Part shown: in pieces, positions 24,693 through 35,759 of the stretch | Numbering within the stretch: the first letter of the stretch is position 1 | Layout: every line of letters begins with the position of its first letter | NCBI GenBank assembly: GCA_051942165.1 | Contig: JAVECS010000029.1 | Coordinates: 1-38,638, forward strand | Source: Circinaria calcarea | Lineage: Eukaryota | DNA: 38,638 bases | Reading direction: 5' to 3' | Notes under the pieces: model-generated | What the model saw: only the letters and a program-made list of their open reading frames with translations | Told to the model about the DNA's origin: nothing | Databases searched by the model: none | Translations under genes and position numbers: made by a program

Positions 24693-25653
24693 TCAGGTAG
24701 ACGCCGTCGCGGGCTGGATCTGGGCGTCCGGTGCCGCCATCCCACCCTTGTCCTTCCCAACCGAGTACTCTTTGAAAAAGTTCGGGTCACTTTCGAGCTC
24801 CTCTTTGACCTAATAAGTACACAGAAACTGTCAGCAGGAAAAATCGGATGTATGAAGAAAGAACATTTTTCGAGCCCCGACTCACAATATCCAAGCCTCC
24901 CACCAACTCTCCCCCAACCCATAGCTGGGGGAAAGTGGGCCAATCCGCCCAATCCTTCAGTCCTTGCCGTACCTCCTCATCAGCCAGGATGTTGAAGAAG
25001 CCATAGCGTACCCCCTCCTGTCTTAGAATCCCCACCAGTTGCCGACTGTACCCGCATTGCGGAGTACTCGGTGTTCCCTTCATGAACAACATGACGGGAG
25101 CTGCCTTCACCAGCTCCGCCAGCCTCTTTTTCAGCTCCTCTTTCTGGTCCTGTGTGCTTGACATCTCCGGCGCAGTTGCTGGGTCATTTTGGCCAGGCGC
25201 ATACTTGCTCAGATCACTGGCTGGTTTGTCGTTGTTCACGGTCTCGTCCTCCTTCTTCGACACTGCCTCAAGTTGAGGCGGTAATCCCGCCTTCCCCGTG
25301 TTCCCGCCCTTCCCTGCATGCTTCTCGACAGCACTCCTGATTTTCCCCGCATCACTCCCACTCACGCGCTCCAGGACCTTGCCGTCACGCTGGATGACGA
25401 GAAAGGGCACTGCGGTGACGTCGTATGACTCGGAGATATCCGGAAGGGACTCGGCGTTGACGGAGACGAAGGAGACGGTGGGGGGGGTTTGGGGCGGGTA
25501 GGAAGATGCGAGGATGGAGAGGATGGTGGCCATCTGGGCACAGGGCGCGGCCCATGGCGTGTGAAAGGAGATGACGAGGACGGTATTCGGCGGGAGAGAA
25601 GCGGTATGTCGGTGGAAGGCTTCCTCGGTGGTGACGTCGGTTACGGACGACAT
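24693..25653 (-). CDS. GRX4: Multidomain monothiol glutaredoxin Grx3/4 (thioredoxin-like + Grx domain); exons 25653-24886, 24809-24693
   Basis: Trx-like WAAPC motif; Grx domain APVMLFMKGTPSTPQCGYSRQ..VRQGLKDWADWPTFPQLWVGGELVGGLDI|VKEEL. Confidence 0.93.
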
Positions 25654-26158
25654 GGTCGGGAGCAGCAACCTGAAATAATGGTGTCCCTATGTCGAATGCA
25701 ACAGGAGCCTTTGTGCGATGTACACAAACCGGTCGTCCCTCGGAGGCCTTGATGGACCTTTGGATATCTCGTGGAGGCTGCTGGGTTCTACTCTAACGAT
25801 CTGAGATCTATAAAGTCGACGCCAGTTCTTTATCCATAATCGGGGGTGGCATCCCAAACGAGTCTAGAGGTGCAGATCCTAACGAGACTACAGTAATGAC
25901 GACTTGTCGTGCAGCCCTACGCGCCAAGGGGGAAAGAGCTTAAGAAGAACCCCGTTGAGCACAGGGCTCGGCTTGAGATGGCCCGATGAGTGGGATGGTC
26001 ACAAAAGTCCAGCTCGCCCAGGGCTCGTCAACGTTCGTAAGAGGAGCAGTCTATCATAATCTATCATAATCCACCTTCTTCACCTGCAATCGAGAGGAAT
26101 CACTATTGCTGCAGAAGACAATGCCAATCAAGATAGGATCAAGTCTGCTACCACGGTC

Positions 26159-29100
26159 CTAGTTATCCTCGGACGGCTCATCCAGGTTCAACCACGCTGC
26201 TCTGCACTCAACCGCTCCTTTCCTTACGTCTCGCTTTGGATCGTCTAGTATAGTCATCATTCCTCGAGTCACTGCCTGCTTGAAAGGAAGTAGTGTGCTT
26301 TCTTTCACCTTTCCTGGAAAGACCCTTAGGCAGCGAAGCGCATTCAGCCGAACTTTCTGTTCAACGTCAGCGTCTTTTACCGCGCCGGTCAGGCGGTGCA
26401 ACTCACCGGTATATTCGCCCTAGGGTCGGCAGCAGATTTCAAGAGCCGACTGACCAGACTGCCAACATGCCCCTCTACGGCTCTTGGACTTTCGTGACCT
26501 ACAACTGTTAATGTCTCAATTGTGGCAGCCTTTACCACTTGATCTTCCAAGTCCAGACTCTGTAACAGTAAAGGTAAAAGAGTTTCTATCTCGGGAAGGA
26601 GGACCTCGGTCGGTGTGTGACGAAGTATGCCAGAGAGAGCGACCAAGTAGTTTGACTTGGTACTGAGGTCGGCAGCACGGAACGCCCTTTCTATGGCTGG
26701 CGCACACAGGCTAAATACCTTTTGCTTTGCCAATAAACGTATAATCGCCCCGTTTTCTTTGGAGATTACCTCGTCAGGTAATAAGAGTAGACCAAACCCC
26801 CGAGCGGCTGCAGCACCATGGCTCTTGTGGGTCAGCATGTCTAGGAGCCGCTCAAGCACCTTTTCCACCATTACGAGTCTCAGTATCAGCGCTTTAGCAA
26901 TCCAAAAGGCGACTTTCACGTCACCATCCGACAGACTTGCTTTCTCAAAGAGTCCCGTCGAACGTGCCCAGAGAATGGATGTGACGTATTCCAAATTCTC
27001 AGATAGCATAAACTTATTGATAAGAAGCGCAATTTGTCTCAATATAGTCTGACGAATAGCTGGCTGATCCTCGACTGTAGCCAAATGCACCAATTCATCG
27101 AGCAGGGAGTGAAGCCCTCGGCTATCCGCACCAGCGTATGGTACGTGTACCTTGCAATGGATCAAAAGGTGGTATATCTGGATTGGGCATCAAGACTCAC
27201 CTTCCCATCGAGCCCTGCTAATAAATGGGTCGATAATATCATTGTGCGCCTGCGAGCTAAAGTAATAGAAGGGTCCTTGTTGAAGGGGACTGGATCCATT
27301 TTGCCCTCGGCGAAGAGCGTATATGTTTGCATCGCCACCGATTGCTGCTTGTGGGGGCTTAATGCACGCACAATCAGTGTTGATGTACGTCCCAATATTT
27401 CGAGAGAAGCTTCTTCGTTTAAGGCAGTCAAAGAAGTGTTACCCGATGCAGCCAACGCTATTCTGGACGAAAGCGCAACAACAATCTTCTGAAAGTAGTT
27501 GTCCAGATTCATATCACTAGCCAAATCCCGTTGGCTGAGTACGTAATGTAGCGTTAAGAGAATTGCTTGTGGATATGCTGCAGTTCCACCTTTCTGAAGT
27601 ACTACATCCAATTTGCTTAGAAGTCTTCTGATCAAGGTATCAGATGTGGCTCTCTCAACACTAAGAAGGGCAAGACCTTCCAGCGTGATACGGTAACCAC
27701 GATCTTCGGGGAAATCAAGATCAGGTAGCCTTGCCATGAATGCCGGAAGGGTGATATCCATCACCAAGGCTGGTTTGATCCTTGAGATTTCTACGAGAGC
27801 TTGTATAGCTGCATGCCTGAGTTCATCCCGATCACGGTGGTCTTCCAGTAACACAATTTCATCAAAGTATTGGACCACCATTCCAATTTCGTTCTCCTGT
27901 AAAATTCCGCGTAAAGAGCAGAGGAGAACCAGGCATTTTGTAGCTATGACTCGGAATGATGTCTCTTCTCTGGCGGTACTCATTAGAGCCTGACTGATCG
28001 TGTCGAATAAATGGTCCTTAAACGACACAAGTGGATTTTCTGGTCGAGGGAATGCGCTCGTCGGAGATGCCCCATAGATTTTGAATCCAGACTCCAGTAT
28101 CTGCATAACGACTTCAAGAAGGGCGCTTTGCTTTGCAATACCACCGACATCTTGGTACAGTGTAAGTATCGGCGGTAAAACTGCCTTTACTACTAGAAAA
28201 AAAGCCCAAGGTGATGCAGAGCCCAGAGTCTTGAGAATCTGTCCCGCTGGTTTTGCTTGCTTGTGTTGTGGAGCCTGTAGATGCTTATTGCATTCTGTAG
28301 TGATGGGCCGTAAATAGTGAGCAAGCGGCGTCTGCGATTCTGCAGAGTTAACGCCATGGCTTAGTCTGATGGCTATAGCCCTGAGAACTTCAAGTGCCTC
28401 TTCTGCAAGATCTTCTTCTTGAACATTAGTAATCTCGTATTTCAAGGAGTCCCAGAGAGTGATTGAGTAGCTGGAAACTGTTTTCACGTCGTAAGAAGAT
28501 GCGCATGCACTTATTGTTTGCAAGACATCTTTCTACTTTGCCATCAGCTCTAGAAACTAGAGAAAGAAGGGTATTCTGACTTTCACAACCGGCGAGGTTG
28601 AGTCTAACTTATCGATAAGTTGAGGGAAGGCGTATGGAGCAAAGTACCTGGATGCAGATATGCATTCCCGCAAGCGGGCCTTGAGGTCCTTTGCTGTTAT
28701 GCCATATGGGTCATCTGGTGGTGGTCGAAAAGTTATCGGGAAGTAGCAGAATACAGAGTCGAACAGTGTCTGTCGGGATTAGCAGGGCATTTCATATCGT
28801 CGGCTCTCTCAAAACGCACCTCAGCATGGCTGGCGACATCCCACTCTATCATCACAACTCTAAGAATGGAGAAGACGATCATAAGGTTTCTTGGATCTTT
28901 TTCTCCACTTACAAGGTCTGTGATGCCAACCAGAGACTCATCGCCCAGGCTCTTGAGAGCCGGCCGGTGACTCGACATCAACTCGTTCAGGAGCTCCAGC
29001 ACAGGATATCTTTGCGATTGCGGTCTGATCTGTAGATCTTGAAAGTGTTCAAGTAGGCTAGGGATGATTTCAGTAACTGCTTACTCTGTCCATGACCTTG

Positions 29101-29618
29101 GTCACAACTTGTCCAATTGAGATCACTCGTTTCTTGTACCAGATATGTTCGGAATTGCGAGATTGGGGAAACAGGGTAGAATACTCGAGGTCAGATCCAC
29201 TTACTCACGCTCTGAATGTCATGATAGCCATATCCTTGTTGAAGCGGCCCAAAGTCTGGAGTTGGATGAGGCCTCCGACAGCGCCTGCATCTTCGATTCG
29301 GTCGCAGAGGAACTGGCAGAGTACCTGCACCTGTTGCCTGGAAAGGAAGGTAGGCGACAACTCAGCGATGACTTGAGAGAGGAATTTGACGGCCTTGGAG
29401 CGGATTGTAGCATCCTCATCGTTGATGTACTCCGCAAGGGACTGTACGACATCAATGAGGGTGGTTTGCTTTGCTTCAAGTTCTATCCAGCCATCAGCGT
29501 TTTGCTTCACCGATGGGGGCAAAGACATGTTTGTACTCGTTGCAGCGGCGTGGGCGATCTGGACCGCACCTTGCTTGTCTGTATCGATGGTGAGTAAGTA
29601 GTTACGCACATCCGACAT
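26159..29618 (-). CDS. MMS19: MMS19/Met18, scaffold of the cytosolic Fe-S assembly (CIA) targeting complex; exons 29618-29537, 29482-29209, 29057-28820, 28769-28581, 28532-27201, 27150-26407, 26356-26159
   Basis: GEKDPRNLMIVF, LFDSVFCYFPITFRPPPDDPYGIT, LWDSLKYEI, LLPLLLQSLDL, LDDPKRDVRKGAVECRAAW; six GT-AG introns restore the frame. Confidence 0.93.
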
Positions 29619-30045
29619 TGCGAAGGTGGACTCGTGTCACTTTGGCTGTTAAGCATAGGAGATCGAAAGTACTTTGTACCTTGGCTATTGTCCTCACCAT
29701 TAATCTGATATGGTAGCCGACGTCACACCCTTCTGGTGGTACGGAGGACCACTTGTGGTATATTATACGGAGGTCTACCGTAGGTCTCCGTCTCGCCTAA
29801 CGGCCCAAGCCCTACCGCCTCACACGATAGCTAACGTTATTCCGTATGTCTACAGTCTTTGACCAATTCGAGTGAACTCCGTCGAAAACCCCCCAGGTGA
29901 GAGTACGCCGAAGATGGCCAACGTGAATGTCTACCTTACTGCGTCGAACAGAATAGTCTGACTATACCCATCATAAGTCTCCTTATACGAACTCTTCTTC
30001 CCCCGAGAGGAATCGAGATTCGCCAACTTTGTTCCCGTCACCATA

Positions 30046-31366
30046 ATGGCAGAACCTCCTGCATCATGCAAAACAGTGCTTGCGGGATCAGTTGCCAAAA
30101 GCCTCCTGGCAGAGGTGCTGGAAGGGCTTTCTAAGCTTGAGGCTCCCCCGTTGCTGGTCGGTTTTCTTGCCAATGCGGATCCTGCAGCGCGCATGTACGC
30201 GAATTGGACTGATCGAACCTGCCGAGAAAAGTGAGCTTGTCGGTAACCCGCTTTATCAATGTTATTCGAAGCATCCATGTTCGCACGGGTTCGACCATGT
30301 ACTAAGTCTAGACAGCGGGCTACCGTTCCAACTTCGAGAAGTTGACAGAGAGCAGATAGAGGACAGCATCGTTACTGCGAATCGGGATGACTTGGTCGAT
30401 GGCATCATTGTATACTATCCTATCTTCAACAACCGGCAGGACCAGTACCTGCAGCAGATCGTCGACGTAACCAAGGACGTCGAAGGCTTGAGTCATCGGT
30501 ATATTTTCAACATGTACCAGAATATCCGTTTTCTGGATGATAGCCAAGTGCAGAAAAGTGTCCTTCCATGCACACCCCTTGCCATCATCAAGATTCTCGA
30601 ATACCTGAGAGTTTACAACACGATTCTCCCCTATGGTAACCGATTGTTTGGCCACTCGATTACGGTCGTCAACCGCTCCGAGGTTGTCGGTAGGCCGTTA
30701 GCTGCTCTTCTGGCAAATGATGGAGCATGTGTCTACTCCGTTGATGTTTCTGGTGTACAGCAGTTTACACGGGGTGAGGGTATCAAGAAGAAAAGACATG
30801 AAGTGGTTGAGAAAGCCGATTGGAGCGTGGCGGACTGTGCACCCTTAAGTGACGTGGTGATCAGCGGCGTACCAGGAGACGAGTACAAGTTCCCGGTGCA
30901 TCTGCTGCGAGAAGGTGCCGTGTGCATCAACTTTTCAAGTGAAAAAGTGGGTGAATCACATAATCTCTTACACTCGCCAGTCATATGATTTGGGTCCATG
31001 ATCAGATAGAGATGAACTTAGCCTCTACAGATCGTAATGGTCACGGATAACTTTTTCAAACTGGACTACCGCCGTCTGACGGTTTAGAATCTAATGCAAA
31101 TTACATCCGTCTAGGTGTTGCTAATGCATGGTTTCAGAATTTTGGGCCCGAAGTCAAGGAAAAGGCGTCTATTTATGTCCCGGCCGTTGGAAAAGTGACG
31201 ATTGTAGTTCTGATCCGAAATCTACTTGTGAGCATCATAGTCTCACATCCTATTCTCAGTGCTGACTGTCGAGAAGCGTATTGTTCAAAACCGAAAAATA
31301 CCAATGCCTGATCCGGCAACGGTCGTAGAGAAGCCAGATACTGCTGAGCATGCTAGACCAGGTTGA
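30046..31366 (+). CDS. MTD1: NAD-dependent methylenetetrahydrofolate dehydrogenase Mtd1; exons 30046-30230, 30316-30946, 31138-31227, 31277-31366
   Basis: LVGFLANADPAARMYA, DGIIVYYPIF..QDQYLQQ..KDVEGL, LPCTPLAIIKILEYL, VVNRSEVVGRPLAALLANDGA, NFSSEK|NFGPEVKEKASIYVP. Confidence 0.93.
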
Positions 31367-31809
31367 CGGCAAGCTGAGCAAGCTTGAGATGTACGACTTA
31401 CAACGGGAGATTGAATAGTTGGTTGTGAACCTTTGTATCTTGATCAAATCAACAAACTCGAGGGAATGTTCAGGCAGGGGGAAAGCATCGGTTGGCTTGA
31501 TTGAGCCACTTGTCAAGGATGCCATAATGAAGGAAAATCAATAGAGGTGTTCTGGAAGTGTACCCAGCAAGCCATACCTAGGGATATGCCTAATTGCTGT
31601 TGGTATAGACGTCTTAATCCCATTTGCGGTATAGATTAGAATCACCTTTGTCAACTATCTCGGTATGCTATTTTTGCAATATTAATCCTCTTTATCCCCA
31701 TTTTGTGATCCACAACCCCAGACCATGCCAATAACTCACAGGGCACCCGAAAGCCAACCCTCCCAAACGCCACGCAGGGCTGCAGCTATGGGAAAGCGAT
31801 GTCGGAGAA

Positions 31810-32949
31810 TCAGTCAAACCGTGGTCTCTTAAAATTCACTCCATTCGCCTCGTCGTCAACCTCATCGTTGTCGTCACTGACCAAGTCCATGTCCCCAACG
31901 GCTGTGTTCTCACCATCGTCAGCGTCAGCCCCTCTGCCGCGCTTTAGTCCCTTCATCTTTCGGGTCTGTAGCTCATCCAAATCTTGACGGCCAAGATGTA
32001 TCCGTCCCACTTTATCACCAACGACATCTGTCTCGATGTTCTTTTTGGGCCTCGCCTAGAATACGTAACTTCATCAGTCCTGGCTTGCTTTACTTTACGA
32101 TCAAATCCTACCTCGGTTCCCTTCGCCGTCTTCATGGCATCCTTCAGAGTCTCCTTATCAGCATCCCGACTCCTGCCCAACCTAAAATCTATCCTCGGGC
32201 CCATCTCCTCAACCTCGACCCTTGGTAGTTTCTGTCCACTCCTCCTTGTAACCAGCCTCCAACACCGCATATATACCATCTCCCGCTTCCCTTCCTCCCC
32301 TTCCTCCTCCGTTGCCGAGAAATTGATCATCAACTGAAGGCCCTCCACGTCCACCTCCTTTGCTTCTCCACCTCGGAAGAAATCTAGAAAGATACTTTTG
32401 GCCAGAGCGAACTTTCCTCCTCCCTCTCCAACCGGATCTTCGAATTGAGTTCCAGAAAAACTCAACAGTGGCTTGACACCAACCCTACACTTTGCGCTCC
32501 CAAATTGTGATAGTGTCCGTGCGGCGTCCGGCTGCACAATACACTCCAGCATATCCAGGATAGCTCCACCGAAGCATCTTATGAAGGTCAAACAATGCGG
32601 CCGTTTTTTGCTGTGACTACCGAAACATAAGAGACTGGCATCGTTTTTCTGACTGAAGAATTCCAAGCTAGAGGCATCTTCAAATGGGTGAATTGCATTT
32701 TTTTTGGTGAAGCGAATGGCAAAGGGGCGCTTGAGGGAGTGCAGATCTGTAATGAGTGAGTTAACAAGAGAGGAGGAAGAGGTGCCACGGAGGAAAAGTG
32801 TAGTTCTAGGGTTTTCGTTCGGGAGGGGCGCCTTTTTGGCAAGAGCGCGGGCTGAGCGGGCGTTCTTTGGTTTGCTTGATACAGTCAGTCCTTGCCAGTC
32901 CCCTTTTTCTGGCGAGGTGTTTTGTTTTGACGTACACTTCTCGAAGCAT
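31810..32949 (-). CDS. RPF2: Ribosome biogenesis Brix-domain protein Rpf2; exons 32949-32936, 32874-32112, 32055-31810
   Basis: MLREV|KPKNARSARAL, EFFSQKNDASL..GSHSKKRPH, KLPRVEVEEMGPRIDF, KKNIETDVVGDKVGRIHLGRQDLDELQTRKMKGLKR. Confidence 0.94.
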
Positions 32950-33283
32950 GATAACTAAGCTTCAGCATTCCAACATCGCGAATGAAAGTTAGTCTTGTAC
33001 TTCTGGATCTCGCAAAAGTTTATAGACTTTCTCCAGAAAGTCCGGTTTAACAATTTCCCGTAGGGCTGGTACTTTAGTGTAGGCGGCTCGGGCGGCTAAT
33101 TTAACTCTCAACAGTAATATCATTACTCTGGTCTGCTTCACTACTGTCCCTCCGTTTTCACTAATGTGCCCCCTCATTCATATCGACATTTTGTCACGAT
33201 GGCCCGGCTCTTCTCATGACCCTACGGCTCTTGTTTCGCTCTCTCGGACCGAATCCATGGCAGCAGCGAAGCCAATGGTCTCC

Positions 33284-35173
33284 TTAGAACTCTGCCCCCG
33301 CCTCACCCCTAGCGTCTGTGCTTTCAATTGCAACCTCTTCGTAATCCTTTTCGAGAGCCGCTAAATCCTCTCGCGCCTCGCTAAACTCACCTTCTTCCAT
33401 GCCTTCCCCAACATACCAATGAACGAACGCTCGCTTGGAATACATAAGATCAAACTTATGATCGAGTCGGACCCAGGCTTCGGCAATAGCGGTGGTGTTG
33501 GAGAGCATACTGACCGACCGATCCACAGGAGCAAGCTCGCCGCCCGGTATTCGCATAGGTTTCTGAGAGTTGATACCAAGCTTGAAGCCCGTTGGGCACC
33601 AGTCAACAAGATTGAATGTGTTCTTTGCTTTCAAAGCTGTTATAGCCGCAGTGCAATCACGAGGAACTACATCTCCCCGATAAAGTAATGCGACAGCCAT
33701 GTACTAGAAAACCCAGGTGAGCTAAACCCAGTTTTAAGGGGTGAGTATAGCCACTCTTACCTTGCCATTACGTGGATCACACACCACCATTTGGTTATTT
33801 GGCTCAAAACCTGTTTCACTCAGTACACCCCAATTCCCGTGATTTCTAGGGAAACTGACACTGAAGCGTCAAGTCGTGAACCTTGAAAGATTCGTGAGAG
33901 CTTCTGCTGCTAGAGATTACTGGCGAAAAGCTTATCAAGGGGTAGTGAACACGCGGATATGGAACCAGGTTGGTCTGAAATTCATTGAGATCGACATTGA
34001 GAGCACCGTCGAAGCGTAGACTAGAAGTAACAGAGCTGACAACTTGTGCAATAAGGCGGTTCAGGTGTTCGAAGTCCGGACGTGGAATGTCCAGGTTACG
34101 ACGACAAATATCATAGACAGCTTCGTTGTCAACTAAGAATGTGCAATCGGAGTGCTCGATGGTGCTGTGAGTAGAGAGAACTGCGTTGTAGGGTTCGACT
34201 ACGGCAGTGGAGACACGAGGGGACGGATAAATCGCAAACTGAGGGATTCGAGATTGAAATGAGCGAGCTTATTCTATCGCAGTAAACTCACGACCTCAAT
34301 CTTACCTCTAATTTCGACTTCTTGCCATAGTCCAAGGAAAGGCGTTCGAGTAGCAGGGCACCGAAGCCAGATCCAGTACCGCCACCGAAGGAGTGGAAAA
34401 TGAGGAAGCCTTGAAGAGAAGAGCAGCTATCTGCCCCGGATATTAATCAAGGTAGTCTCTGATGACATATTAATCAGCGAACCTGCTACGTGGCGAATGC
34501 GGTCGACAACATTTTCCACCATCTCCTTCCCAACAGTATAATGACCACGAGCGTCTGATGGATGCCTGTTAGCATAGATGTCCGATGGATTGAGTCATAT
34601 AGCTAGCTAGTACAGTTGTTCGCTGCATCCTCCTTTCCGCTAATCAGGAGCTCCGGGTGGAAGAGCTGTCGGTATGTTCCAGTACGTAGGCCATCAATCG
34701 GCTGCATAAAGTTCAGTTCGCAACCTGCTAATCCATGTTCTCTGACATACAGAAGGATCGAGATCAACGAAAAGCGAGCGAGGAACGTATTTGCCATTGC
34801 TTGTCTCCGAAAAGAAGGTATCGAACGAGCCGGTCTCTCCGAGGTTTTTCGCCTCTGGATCGGGACGTCCATCAGCCTTTAAGCCGTGTTCTAATAGGTA
34901 CCTAGGATATTTTGACGGTTGTCAGTCGACAGCCAGCTAATGGCTTGTGATGTGGAAAAATTTAGCCTACAGCTCCCATGTGCTGCTTCCAAGTTGAGTG
35001 CCGGCCTGTCCGATGTGCAGGTGAAAAATCTGATGAGAGATTCTGTTAGTCTCATGTCCTCTTCTTTTCCCGATTGGCGGTGTTGGCATAAATCGAGCCC
35101 CGGGTCGGGCTTAGAAGGAAGATAAGTGGTGTCAGCGTATGGAGATATCCAAGCTTCATACCTCGCCCCTCAT
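33284..35173 (-). CDS. tba-1: Alpha-tubulin, divergent MRGE-type paralog; 9 exons 35173-35162, 35029-34971, 34901-34751, 34701-34614, 34554-34483, 34430-34306, 34238-33860, 33810-33761, 33703-33284 (1356 nt in total)
   Basis: [94 protein letters not shown]. The symbol reflects resemblance, from memory, to the Neurospora alpha-A type; alpha-tubulin identity itself is secure. Confidence 0.95.
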
Positions 35174-35490
35174 GTTCAGATCGGAGTGCAATAGAGTGGT
35201 ATCTGATGTTTCTGACGACTGAAGTTAAACGGTACTCAAACAAGCTTATGGCGGTGTAGGAGAGGAACAGAACGGAAACAGATCATGCAGCTAAAAAATC
35301 ACTCTCTAAGCGAGTGAACAAGTTCAGCAAGATCGACTGAGTCCTAAGGTAACGTAGCTGGGAAATTCACCGTCGTCAAACAGAAAAGGGTAGGTCCGAT
35401 CTGACCATTCTACAGTCGAATTTGTGGGAGTGCAACTCACTTTGATTATCCCAGTGTACGGCATTTCCTAGTCCCTTCTGCAAAAAATCT

Positions 35491-35526
35491 GCCTTTGCCT
35501 TTCCCTTTCCCTTTCCTTTTCCCTTT
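35491..35526. repeat. Degenerate (C/G)CCTTT hexamer microsatellite
   Basis: GCCTTT GCCTTT CCCTTT CCCTTT CCTTTT CCCTTT between the alpha-tubulin start and the EMC3 3' end. Confidence 0.7.
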
Positions 35527-35759
35527 TCATTCCCCCTGTCAAAGTCCCAACTCCCGTCCCGTACGTGTACCCTCATCTCCAAGTTGGCATCTACTTGTCT
35601 ACGTTTAGAAAACGCGTGGGGTAGAACTGACGGCTTTTCAACGCCACTGGGCAATGCAAGCCATCCGATGTAGAAAAAATCGTAAAACATTCGTGACCAG
35701 TTTTCGGTTGTGGATTTCTATTCGAGTAGCCTATCTCCATCTTACCAGCACCGCCCTCC

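Noticed and set aside
29058..29208. Possible stwintron in MMS19 intron 2 (overlapping GTGA|GTAAGT donors; internal CCAAG|GT at 29097)
   Set aside because: The internal acceptor lacks a convincing branch point, the residual intron would be only 43 nt, and one-step GTGAGT..TAG splicing already gives the right frame.
30283..30300. tRNA T-loop-like GGTTCGACC
   Set aside because: Lies in an 85-nt intron; no T-stem, acceptor stem or cloverleaf.
30990..31080. Intronic C/D snoRNA in MTD1 intron 2 (ACTACCGCCGT-CTGA)
   Set aside because: No canonical RTGATGA C box, and the remembered rRNA complementarity is short and mismatched; would need snoscan/Infernal.
20731..31366. Secondary-metabolite or novel metabolic gene cluster
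   Set aside because: No backbone enzyme (PKS, NRPS, terpene synthase) or pathway transcription factor; the identifiable genes are conserved housekeeping types.
35376..35690. 104-aa ORF with KGKGKGKGK
   Set aside because: The repeat is simply the translation of the CCCTTT microsatellite; no other coding signal.
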